Assembly: GCA_002811645.1 (NCBI GenBank)
Contig: PDIP01000005.1
Coordinates: forward strand, 135,198 to 199,197
Source of the DNA: Corallochytrium limacisporum Hawaii
Taxonomy: Eukaryota; Protista; Pluriformea
Reading direction: 5' to 3'
Length of the DNA: 64,000 nucleotides
The position numbers were made by a program, and so were the translations under genes. How positions within the stretch are numbered: position 1 is the first letter of the stretch; each line of letters begins with the position of its first letter. Below, one piece after another: positions 32,642 through 42,911 of this stretch. The notes under the pieces were generated by a model. The model made no database searches, was not told the DNA's origin, and saw only the letters and a list, made by a program, of their open reading frames with translations.

Positions 32642-33892
32642 ATTCTGGTTTCAATCCTGCAGATATCTCTTGTTGCTCTTGTAAAAGAGTTTTGCACCGT
32701 CACCGTCTCACTTAACCCAAGCCTTGGCTACACACGTGATGGGGTACTGAATGCCTTTTCTGATTCAAACTGAACACCTACAGCTGAGACGAGTATCAGC
32801 CTTCGGTTATGTCTATGGAAAAGACGTTAATGCATGATCCATTGCCTCACAATGGCTCTCTCTCTCTCACTCTATTCCTGGCCGTAGCCTTTCCTGGCCG
32901 TAAACGTTTCCAACTATCCTTTTCACCGCTTGCTTACTATTCGTCTTGATCACGAAGTGAAATCTCCTGCAATTGTCTCGATTCACGAAGTGAACAGTTC
33001 TGTGTTTGTGGAGGCACGACCCTTCTTGCACCTGCCCTAGGGCTGTGTCCATAATACATGCAGAACCGGAACAAGAAATGGCCTTGGGTCCAAGAGAATG
33101 GACAATTTCAGTGCCCGATGAATACACATCTCTTACCAATCCCTTTTCCATTCTTCACTTCCTTCTTTTTGGCAATAATGCTCGCCAAAGGAATGAAGGA
33201 TGTCACTGTGCAGGTCTGGCACCACGGCGAGTTGTCCCGTGCTTACCACCCGTCCGGTCCCCCCCTCCCGTCCTCCCGTCCCCGCCCGTGCGTTGGACGG
33301 TGGGGAGAGGGAGGCAACAGACACCCCTCCCCGGGAAGGGCTCTCTCAACGTACACCCAAAACCAATACATTTTGTTCCTCTTTTTCTTTCAAGAAAACT
33401 TCATTTTCGTTGGTTGCGACTAACGCTGGGCGGCCCCAAGGCTTTCCCTTAATTAACGGGCCGCCGCCTCAGCGCTACCGTTCTCCCTTCCTCTCCCCCC
33501 CTCGCCCACACTTCCCTACCGGGCCCAAACCTCTCATTCCTTTTTTATTTTTTTTTCTTTTTCTTTTCTTCTGTTTTCATCCTCGGGGCGTTTTGACCCT
33601 CTCTCGCTCTCCATTGCTCCGTTTCCCCCTTTCTTTATTTTTTTTTCCCCCTTTTACTTCTCTCAACCCCCCCCCCCCCGGGGCAAGAAACAGAGGGAAA
33701 CACCAATGGCCCTTTTCCCAAGTACTACTACCACCACCACCAATGTTCTATTTTTCTTTTTCCTTTTTTTTTTATCTTTTGGGTTTTGGTGGTGTTCTGT
33801 GTTAGCTGCCGTTTGTTCCCCGGCCCAGCGATGGGTAGGCCATCGTACAAAAACCACCAACGCCGGCTGTCTGTCTGTGTCTGTGCCTGTGC

Positions 33893-33895
33893 GTG

Positions 33896-33926
<31 letters not shown>
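33893..33926. repeat. (GT)n microsatellite, one interruption
   Basis: Read directly from sequence. Confidence 0.9.
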
Positions 33927-34467
33927 CAGCAGCCGCTGTTGTGTGTGATGCAAAACCCTTCACTGCTCCCGGTGCTTTGTGGTGGCTGGTACTACACACA
34001 CCCCGAAACATTGAAAAAGGGAAGTGACCAGTAGCCAAAATGGGCGGCGGCGGCCCTGCCCGCTCCCCCCCTCTACCCCACTGTCCCCCCCCCCCAACTC
34101 TCCTTCGGTCGTTCGGGCTCCTTATCCATGGATCTCTCTCTATAGAGATCTGCTCCAAGGCTGTGTGGTGTCACGCACTTTTCTGTTTTTTTTTTGGCCC
34201 TGGTTATTTTTTTAAGGTCCATTTTGTTCTGTCCAAGTTCTTTTCGCCTGCTTCCCGTCCTCGCGCGCATAAGCGAGAGAGCGAGAGAGCGAGAGAGCGA
34301 GAAAGATAGAGAGACAGAGCGAGTGTGGTGGATTCGGTGCGTGTCTCGGATGAAAACGGTGTCCATCCTCCTCTTGCCGGGTCGGCACAACACACACAAA
34401 ACGTCTGAGGTGCGAGATTAAGGATCAATGACGCTCTTACCCCTGCCACCCTTCCGCACGCATGCAT

Positions 34468-34493
34468 ACACACACACACACACACACACACAC
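34468..34493. repeat. (AC)n microsatellite
   Basis: Read directly from sequence. Confidence 0.9.
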
Positions 34494-37400
34494 TGTGTGT
34501 CCCCGTCTCATCGCTGGGTGTCCTACTGACCGGCTCTCGATGTGCGGTATCTCTCTGGTGGATGTGCATTCCACCACCGTCTTGGACCCAAAGGCATCGG
34601 CTTCCGTGGCGGGCAGCGGTGGTGGTGGATTCCGCTTCACCTTCCTTCTACACAGTGAGAGCCCCGAACCAACTCCAAATGGACTTCAGATCGCCTCTCA
34701 ACACATGCATACTCCTCCCTCGGAGGCCTCTCCTTGCTTTCGCTGAATGTGCCGGTTTCTTGCACCTCGTCGTCGGTTGGGTGCTTCTGTGCGTGTGCTT
34801 GGCCTGGCTTGGCTTTGTAGTGCTTGAAAGATTTGTTCTGTTCCGTCTACGCGCCCGCCCTGGGAAACCGCAAACTATTCCGTCTGACCGGTTTCGCCTC
34901 AGGGGGAGCAGGCTGTTCCGGTACTAAATGTACCGAATTAAATCTCTGACTATTGAGAGGGTGAGAGACCTGTCAAGCCGCTTTGTCAACGATCGTCCGA
35001 GGATGCGTAATCGCGCAGCAACCTGAAAAACCCGGTTTGGAGGCACGCGTGTGTTCGGCCAGGGCGGGTGGGGACAAGCACCACGGTACTGAACTATACA
35101 CACTCACCTAGCGGGGCGAAGGCTCGCACATCCCAAATCACAGGGGAGATTGGGGCGAAGAGGCGAGCAGCCATGCTCGATGCGCGCGCACGTTCCGATC
35201 ACTTATGGCCATGGGCCCTGCTGAAATCGCTCTCTTTTGCTGCTGCGCGGTCCCCATCAATCTGACTTTGTCAAGAATTCGGTTACAACCGCTTGCTTTG
35301 CGCGTGAAGGCACATTCCATCTTGGTCGACTATCCTGGATCCAACCAAATGGTGGAAGTTATGGTGAGGGTGGTTCCATCGTTGATGGCGATGGAGAATG
35401 TTTGCCTGCAGTAAGAATAGATCTTCTGTACGAGACATGTTCGGCTGAGTAGGGCGTAACAAGATACGTTCTTGGGATTCCATTGTCAAGGGGGGAGTCC
35501 TGTGGCTGTTTAGAACCTAGTTTGAAGACGCACACAGTCCGTCTGGTATGAGCAACGGACACTGGAAACCTGAGGACTGGCGGGCAGGAACGAGAAACCC
35601 ACTGAAGTGCGTATGCTCGAGGATTGGGGGTGGCAGGGGACCAAGACCCGTAGCAAGACGACGCAAGCATCGTCACCAAGGTACTCCTTGACGGGGGGCT
35701 CCACCCTCCACCTCATACGAACCGAACGCGATGACCAGCGTGATGCCAGGTCACGGTGACATTGCGGCCAACATCGGCAGTAATTCCGGTTCCTGACCAT
35801 CCATGTGCCGGTGGTAAAGCAGAGCAATGGAATGAATCGCTCCAAAATTCAGACCCCCATCCCGTAGAATTCGGTTCGCAGTAGTGGCCACTCGGGACCA
35901 CCGTGTAACATCCGGAACTGGAACATCGCCGACCAAGAACACACACATCTACATACCTAAGACGCTATCAATTTCAAAAATACCATGGCAGTTAAAGTCC
36001 CGGGGTTGCTCCACCATGGATGGTTTACAGTTTGAAGGCCCGCCCACATTGACCACAATGACAAACGAGGCCATGGAAAAGGCTATTCCCGCTTATTCTA
36101 ATTTAAGGATACTCTAACGAACCAGACCATGAAAAGTCAAGTTACTGTGGTGGTTGCATGTGACAATCCCTTACATTATGGTGATCACTGGCCATGCCAT
36201 TCGGTGATGTCAATACACACAAGGTGCGGTTCCGATTCAACTGAAACGCGGTCCATCGGTCTCAGCCTACGGGGATCCACTTTCCACCAGGAGCGGATCT
36301 TTGCCCGACTTGCGCTCTCATCTCCATATACTGAGCAGACCTGGGTCAATCAACGTGAACCCCACATTGTCCACTACACGACCGGACAATAGTGATATCA
36401 ATGCTCTTCGTGAGAAAACAAATGTGCAATGTATTCAGTACCGAAATGGCCCAACTCCCACACATGCATAATTGTCACCACCAACTTTTTCTTTCCTCTC
36501 GATCCTTTTCTTTCCCCCCCCCCTTCCCCTTCTCCGTGCTACTTCTCCACCGGGTGGACTGCTCACAGATGTGTGCTGCAACCGCGTTAGTTCACGAGAC
36601 GGCCCGTCCGTGAGTTAAGGTCGCAGTATATTTATTATAGAAACGGAGCATCATCCCCGTCAGTTCCTGGGAGGACCGGGTCGGGTGCTAGGAGTGAACT
36701 CCTCGATAAATGTGAGTCGTGGACATTCCCTGGACCGCGACCCAATTTTAATACATTCAGTATACCACAAGAGGATTTATGGTCGCGGGACTGGACGGGT
36801 TCCGTTTCTTATTAAGATCATCATCGCCATTATCAAACACGATGATGAACACCATGCTACCTAGAAGTATAATCAAGAGATGACAAGTTCTGGCAGATCT
36901 CCTCAGCATGTCATGAACCATGTTCCCAAGGTCTTATCTGCTCTGCTAAGACACAGCAATACAAAGAACTCGAGACACCAGCTCCTCATCGAGCTAACAA
37001 GGTACACATGGGGGCTCCTCCCCTTACGATAGACTAGATGATCACCCGTCGGAAGATTAGATTCTTGCATGGCGAAACATGTGTACGACCTGCTGGATAA
37101 CACAATGCGTCCTTTTCTACTTAATTCACATCCATCCCAACCAAGCGCAAACAACACCCAGCCATCTTCCTTCCCCTTGTTTACATCGACCGCGTGCCGT
37201 GTCCGATCATCATAATGTTTCATTGGCACACATGGCATGCCGTGTGTTCGTACGGGGAGAAAGATCCCATCTAACGGCCATTCCAGACATACGTATGCAC
37301 AGAGTCGGCGTACCGTAAACAAACATGGACCCCACTGGGCTTGCACACCCCCCCCCCCTCCCCGCGGCGGTGGTGCCGGAAGTGAAGGGGAGGGGTGACC

Positions 37401-37929
37401 CTCCCGTCAGCGGCGCACCCACGGTAGAAAATCCTTCGGCTTTGGCACACACGCGCACACACAGACACACACACGCGTCCTGGTACACACGAATACGGAG
37501 GCTAGGTCTAGAGGACTGGGGGCTATGGCAGACGTGGCTGGGCCGCGGGCGGGGGTCCGGTGGGTCCATTCATGCACGGCCTTTTAGTTCGCATCTGTGG
37601 CACAGGTCCGCGGTTGGAAGCCAGAAGAAAAAAGGACGGAGGTTAGAGACATGTGCTGACTCCAGCTTCTGACAAGGCCGAGGGTGGGTAGTTGTTTGGG
37701 AGCTTGTTGGAAGGTGTTCTTCGCAACCTCCTTAGCATTCATTTTGGGATTTCACCGACTGGTTTTCTTTATTTGTTAAAATTAGCGTGTTTTGCTACTT
37801 CAGTCCACTCAGGATCAAACGTCTGTGACATCGTATCCATTGGGCGAATACAACAAAAAAAAATGTGAAACGTTGGGGTCGGCGATCAAGAAGTATACTG
37901 CATACACAGAAACCGTTATCATACCCATA

Positions 37930-38670
37930 ATGCTTCGTGTGACCAGGCTTGCGGCCGTTGCCCAGCGAGGTGCATGGCGGATGTCTTCCCGTCCCGTTAA
38001 TGACACCTTCTCGCGGGCCGTCGTCAGCAGCAAGACTGTGCCCCTGTTCCACACACGTTCCTCCATGCGCTGGTACGCCACAGAGAACAAAGAAGCTGAG
38101 GAAAAGGCCAAAGTCGAAGAAGGATCGGAGAAAGAAATGGAGGGTGCCGATGCCGAAACTGCGGGAGTTGAGGAAGCTGATGCTTACACCGAAGAGCTAG
38201 AGAAGCTCAAGAAAGAGAAGGATGATATCCTGGACAAGTACAAGCGGGCCCTGGCTGAGGTTGAGAACACACGCCAGCGTGGACGGAGGGATGTGGAAAA
38301 TGCAAAGCTGTTTGCTATTCAAAAGTTTGCCAAGGACCTGATTGGTGTTGCCGATGTGTTGCAGATGGCCATCGATGCCGTGCCACAGGAGGCCCTTCAG
38401 AAACTCGAGTCCGACTCACCCTTTAGGCACCTGTACGACGGCGTGGTGATGACTGAGAAGGAATTCCAGAAGACCTGCGGTGGCCATGGACTGGTCAAGG
38501 TCCACCCCATGGGCGATAAGTTTGACCCCAACCTCCACGAGGCCATGTTTGAGGTCGATGATCCTGCCAAAGAACCGGGCACTGTTGGATTCGTGCAGCG
38601 TACTGGATACGTGCTGAATGATCGCACAGTTAGGGCTGCACAGGTGGGAGTGATCAAGCAACGCAAGTGA
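37930..38670 (+). CDS. GRPEL1: Mitochondrial GrpE nucleotide exchange factor (Mge1/GRPEL)
   Basis: Arg-rich presequence from ATG 37930 (MLRVTRLAAV); RALAEVENTRQR, FAIQKFAKDL, FDPNLHEA, GYVLNDRTVRAAQVGV. Confidence 0.96.
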   Translation: MLRVTRLAAVAQRGAWRMSSRPVNDTFSRAVVSSKTVPLFHTRSSMRWYATENKEAEEKAKVEEGSEKEMEGADAETAGVEEADAYTEELEKLKKEKDDILDKYKRALAEVENTRQRGRRDVENAKLFAIQKFAKDLIGVADVLQMAIDAVPQEALQKLESDSPFRHLYDGVVMTEKEFQKTCGGHGLVKVHPMGDKFDPNLHEAMFEVDDPAKEPGTVGFVQRTGYVLNDRTVRAAQVGVIKQRK

Positions 38671-38912
38671 GGTTAAAGTCTGGATCTGGATTACCTTAAC
38701 ATACTCTCTGATTAATTCATATAGCCATGTTTCTAATAGATTACGTCTGGATACTGACATAAGTCAATCCTTACACGGTCTCAGTACACTTCAACTAATT
38801 GTCTATCTGATGAAACGTTATGTACCACGCACAGTAGAAAACACATCGGAGTCGTGCAAGGCTAGGCGTTTGTCTTGACCGGGAGATATGGAGAAAAGCG
38901 CCTTCAAATTAT

Positions 38913-40604
38913 TCACAAAGCGGTCTCCTCGTCCACATCCTCGTCACCCATGGAGCGAAGCTCATGTTGACCAGGCTGTTGAGGTGGCGCATAATATTTG
39001 CGGTACCTTTGATGCTGAACACGCCGGCATACAAACATACCGGCACCGATGCCAACCATAAGAAGTGTCACAATCAGCAGAGCCATGCCCATAGAACTTC
39101 CCTGGTTGTTAGGGTCATATTCATCACTGCCTCCAGGTGCCACTTCCACTCCATCGTTGACCGGTTCGTTTCCTGTCTTTGCTTTAGATTCGTCGCATCC
39201 GTCTTCTCCACATTGCTCCTTAGCTGACGAGCTCTCGTCAGTGGGAGTCGAAATTGGTGTCAAGGTGTCTGTACCCTCTGGAACTTCAGTCTCATTCTCC
39301 TTTGGTTCTTCAGTGCACTCCTCAGGATCTTTGGTCTCGGCTTTAAAACTGCCATCTTCTCCGGCCGTCCAATCGATGCGCACCTTCTCTTTGTTGGCGA
39401 TCACCTTAGCATCAGTGGAAGCGACGATTTTGCCATCGACCCGCAATCCGACCTTATAGTCCACTTCCGGCTTAACTAGACGCCAGTACTCCCCATTAGC
39501 ATTGCTGCGAATCGCATGACTAATCCATTCATCATCGCTGGTGTCAGAAACAAGGATTTCTGTATCTTTCAAGGGGTTGCCGTCCTTGTCCTTGACCAAA
39601 CCATACACGACATTGTGCACGTATTCGTTGTAGGCCAACAGACTCTCCTTGTTGAGCTCCCAGAACTTTCCAATATCCGACTTCTTGGGAATTTTGCAGG
39701 TCGCGACCTCAACCGTGATCTCAAAGCAATTGCTGTTGACATAGTTCCAATCCTGCATGCCATTCGCCACGGAGTACCAGTCCGCACCGTTGGTGATACC
39801 ATCTTTGAATCCCTCGCCCGGACCACAGCCAATGCCAGTTTTCATCACTGGGTGGTTCTGTGAGTAGGTCAGTGCAAGGTCGCGGAAGACGTTAATATCT
39901 GGAGCGGGATTCGGGCCATCATGGTGAGTGCCCCTGTTGTAGTCATCCCAAGGATAGTTGGCCACAAGGCAGCCTCCGTGGAGGTTGGCGCTCAGCACAA
40001 AGTCATTTTCATTGATCCAATCCATAACATTCTGTGTCTCAATTTGGATCGTGTCTTCAGGGTCGCTATTTTTTTTGAAGCGTCCCGGAAAGTTTCGGTT
40101 CAGATCAACCCCATTGGCATTGCCACGACCGAAGACGGTCATGCAACTGGACTTCGTTTCAAACTCGGGTTTCTTCTTGTTCCAGCGTTCGTATCCATCT
40201 GGATTCATAGTTGGCATAATGTGAATGTCGGTATTATCGACCAACCATGTGACCCGTTTATCAATGCCATAGTTCTCCACCAGGTGCTTTATGTACGTCA
40301 TCAAGATTTCCCTTGATACAACTTCATCTCCATGCATGTTGCCAATGTACTTGAATTGTGGAACGAGTAGTTCTCGCTGCTCAGCTTGAGGATTCTTACT
40401 GATCTGGACGACCCACATATTTCTGGACTGCCCAGTGGAACCCACACTGTACAGCCGCGTAATGTTCGGGTAATTATCACTTACCGAATTGAGGAACACT
40501 TCCAATTCTACCTGATCATGATGCTGCGGTTGGTAAAAAATCTCCGGATTCACAGCTAACGCTGCACTGGCGGTCAAAGCCAGAAATCCAATATTGTATT
40601 TCAT
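38913..40604 (-). CDS. Metallocarboxypeptidase M14B (carboxypeptidase D/M-like), single catalytic domain, type I membrane
   Basis: Signal peptide; GNMHGDE, MNPDG, RGNANGVDLNRNF, SANLHGG, GITNGADWY, MQDWNY, CFEITVE; transthyretin-like subdomain; C-terminal TM and acidic tail. Confidence 0.93.
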   Translation of the reverse strand: MKYNIGFLALTASAALAVNPEIFYQPQHHDQVELEVFLNSVSDNYPNITRLYSVGSTGQSRNMWVVQISKNPQAEQRELLVPQFKYIGNMHGDEVVSREILMTYIKHLVENYGIDKRVTWLVDNTDIHIMPTMNPDGYERWNKKKPEFETKSSCMTVFGRGNANGVDLNRNFPGRFKKNSDPEDTIQIETQNVMDWINENDFVLSANLHGGCLVANYPWDDYNRGTHHDGPNPAPDINVFRDLALTYSQNHPVMKTGIGCGPGEGFKDGITNGADWYSVANGMQDWNYVNSNCFEITVEVATCKIPKKSDIGKFWELNKESLLAYNEYVHNVVYGLVKDKDGNPLKDTEILVSDTSDDEWISHAIRSNANGEYWRLVKPEVDYKVGLRVDGKIVASTDAKVIANKEKVRIDWTAGEDGSFKAETKDPEECTEEPKENETEVPEGTDTLTPISTPTDESSSAKEQCGEDGCDESKAKTGNEPVNDGVEVAPGGSDEYDPNNQGSSMGMALLIVTLLMVGIGAGMFVCRRVQHQRYRKYYAPPQQPGQHELRSMGDEDVDEETAL

Positions 40605-41737
40605 TCTTCCGGAGTTAGCCCAACCCTAATCCCTGTTCATTCTTTTATGTTGCATAAATATATGTATACATGAAATTACATACGAAATAAAGACAACAGG
40701 CCGTTCAACGAATTCCCTATGTTGCTCTACGTATAGCAACAACTACTCCCTTAAGTAAGTGTACAGCCCTACATGCGAAAAACACCCGCAAGAAGACCGA
40801 CCTGTCTGCACCTCCGATAGGGTGCGCCTTCGGCCGGTTGCAGAGAGATGGGGATTAATTGCGATATCAAACGACGCGACGTTCCGGTGTCCAAGCCAAA
40901 CCCGTACTGAATATAGGAATGAATTACACAAACAAGTGTCGCGTACTGTGCTCTGCCTCCGATGTCTCTCCCGAAGTTTCGAGCGTCCTGTCGGCTGGGG
41001 CCAAGGGAGACGAGACCAAAGTAACACAGAGTGAGTCGAAGGTGGCTCGGCAGTACTAAAGCTTCCGTAATTACGCAGGTAAGGCCACTGTGAGTCCCTT
41101 ATCAACAGGTACTATCGGAGCAGAAAGAGAACCGCTCGGAGGGGGGGGGGAAGACACGGAGGGCCAGGAAAAGAGGGGCGGGGATTGGGGCCGACCTCTG
41201 CTTCCAATTCAGCACCGGTTGCGGTTTCCATGCCCAGGCGAGAAAATGGACCCCCGGTGCCCAGTGCTTTTTGGAGACCGCCTTTCACCAGCAGGGGCAC
41301 GCACTATTGGACACTGCGTGGACGGGAAAGGGGCCCGGGGGGGGTGGGAAGGGTATTAGTTTTGTCCCAGTCACCAGGCCATAAGAACGCTGAGAAATTG
41401 AGCGGAGGAGATACCCAGGTTTGTGTGATAGTATGACTCTGCGGGGAGGAATTTCACGGTCGAGGTTTCTGAGAAACTTCTTACCCTACGCTATAGGTCA
41501 CGAGGCCTATCATCTCCGCTGTCTGGCGGTAGGGAGAGCCGATACTGGCTGGATCTGGAGGAGCCGCTTGGGGAATTCAGCGCATCGAAAATTAATCGGG
41601 GAGGGCACACTTCCGTCCCTTCATGGTGTCCATCTCTATCTATATAAACTGCCAGGTTTCTCGCGACATATTGACCTTTTGATCCAGCACGATATCATGT
41701 TTTGATCATATCTCCAACGGACGGAACTTATGTCAAG

Positions 41738-42499
41738 ATGGGGGTAGAGACAAGCGAGAAGAAGAGGTGGATGGAAATGGGCTCCATGACTGAGGAACAG
41801 GCTTGGACTCGGTGGCATGGTTTGCTCAAAGGGCTCCCGGACGATCAGATGAGGGCAAAGTACAAAAAATCAATGACTGCAACCAATGACTACAAGCACC
41901 CTGCACCTGCCCGCGATGCTAGGGTAGTGAGGCCGGATCAGTCGGACGATGAAGTCAGCCTGCTGGATCTCATGAAAGAGGAATGCAATGCTGCGGGTGT
42001 CAGGTATATGGTCTTGAACTTTGGTTCGTACACTTGACCCCCGTACAGGATGAACCTCCCGAGGGTAGAGGGAATCCTCGAGGAGCACAAGAACAAGGTG
42101 CGACTTCTCCATGTATACATTCGTGAAGCGCACGCTGCGGACGCGTGGCAACTTGACTCCAATAAGACGGATGATGTGTGCTACATGACACCTAAGAGGC
42201 TTGAGCAACGTCTGGACATCGCCAAGGACATGCTAAGCAACATAGAACTTAAGTACCCATTAATCTGCGACTTAATGGACGACAATTGTTCCACCGCCTA
42301 CGAAGCAATTCCGGAACGGCTGTACATCATCGATGTCGAGACGGAAACAATGATTTGGCGGTGTGGTATTGGCCCGTTCTGTTACGATTTGAGTGGCTTG
42401 CGCGCGACGCTTGCCAGTCTACCTAGCAAACCCACTGTGCCAAGTGGTCTCAGGAACGAAGGAGTTGTTGAAGTCACGCTTCCTAACGCTGATCACTAA
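41738..42499 (+). CDS. Iodothyronine deiodinase-family selenoprotein (253 aa; in-frame TGA 42035-42037 read as Sec100)
   Basis: ORFs 41702..42037 and 42050..42499 share a frame; joined they read VLNFGSYT[TGA]PPY..VYIREAHAADAW..DLMDDNCSTAYEAIPERLYII, matching the DIO motifs LNFGSCTUPxF, IYIEEAH..DGW and AYxAxPERLY. Confidence 0.93.
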
Positions 42500-42544
42500 A
42501 TGGCTTGAACACGCTGAGCAAACGGTGGAGACAATATTGCAGGA

Positions 42545-42627
42545 ATCTTCCTTACCATGATGCCGCCTGAATCCAAATGAAGAGAAGGACAGGAACCAAG
42601 ACATAACGGCTGACGAACTAATAGATG
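42545..42627 (+). promoter_or_regulatory. Candidate SECIS element (atypical, 13-nt bulge in helix II)
   Basis: AUGAU core 42557-61 / UGAC 42611-14; GCCG/CGGC, CCUG/CAGG, UCC/GGA pairs; apical AAA 42575-77 located 13 nt after the core; 58 nt downstream of the DIO stop. Confidence 0.55.
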
Positions 42628-42791
42628 GCGCGGGTTGGGATCAATTTCCCTCAGCTGAGATCCCACATGAGATTGCCGCCATCATGGAGAATTTTGCAAG
42701 ATGACGACCGCTCTACCCAAATGCTCCTGTAGGTAGGTGACCACGAACATCGCATTAAAGGAGATTACAAACCCCTTCCGCAAAGGGACAG

Positions 42792-42807
42792 AAAAAAAAA
42801 GATAAAA
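42792..42807 (-). terminator. RNA polymerase III terminator (T4 then T9) after the permuted tRNA
   Basis: Minus strand reads ..AATGGG-TTTT-ATC-TTTTTTTTT immediately after the 5' half. Confidence 0.8.
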
Positions 42808-42813
42808 CCCATT

Positions 42814-42911
42814 CTGAGCTACGCCCCCAACAGTACATATTCAGTACTCAAATGTGGAGGCGAGGGGAATCGAACCCCTGGCCTATCGCATGCGAAGCGA
42901 TCGCTCTACCC
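42814..42911 (-). tRNA. tRNA-Ala-CGC: Permuted tRNA-Ala(CGC): 3' half 42911-42855, 26-nt spacer, 5' half 42828-42814
   Basis: Rejoined 72-nt cloverleaf GGGGGCG-UA-GCUC-AG|GGGUA-GAGC-G-AUCGC-UUCGCAU-GCGAU-AGGCC-AGGGG-UUCGAUU-CCCCU-CGCCUCC-A; all stems pair; G3:U70 and A73 alanine identity elements. Confidence 0.93.

Noticed and set aside
41702-42499. Two separate small genes or a nonsense pseudogene
   Set aside because: The only stop is a TGA at the known Sec position of deiodinases, and motifs on both sides are intact and in frame.
42701-42742. Alternative SECIS ATGACGACCGCTCTACCCAAA..GGTGAC
   Set aside because: It has AUGA and AAA at plausible spacing, but helix II does not pair in register with the core; kept only as a fallback.
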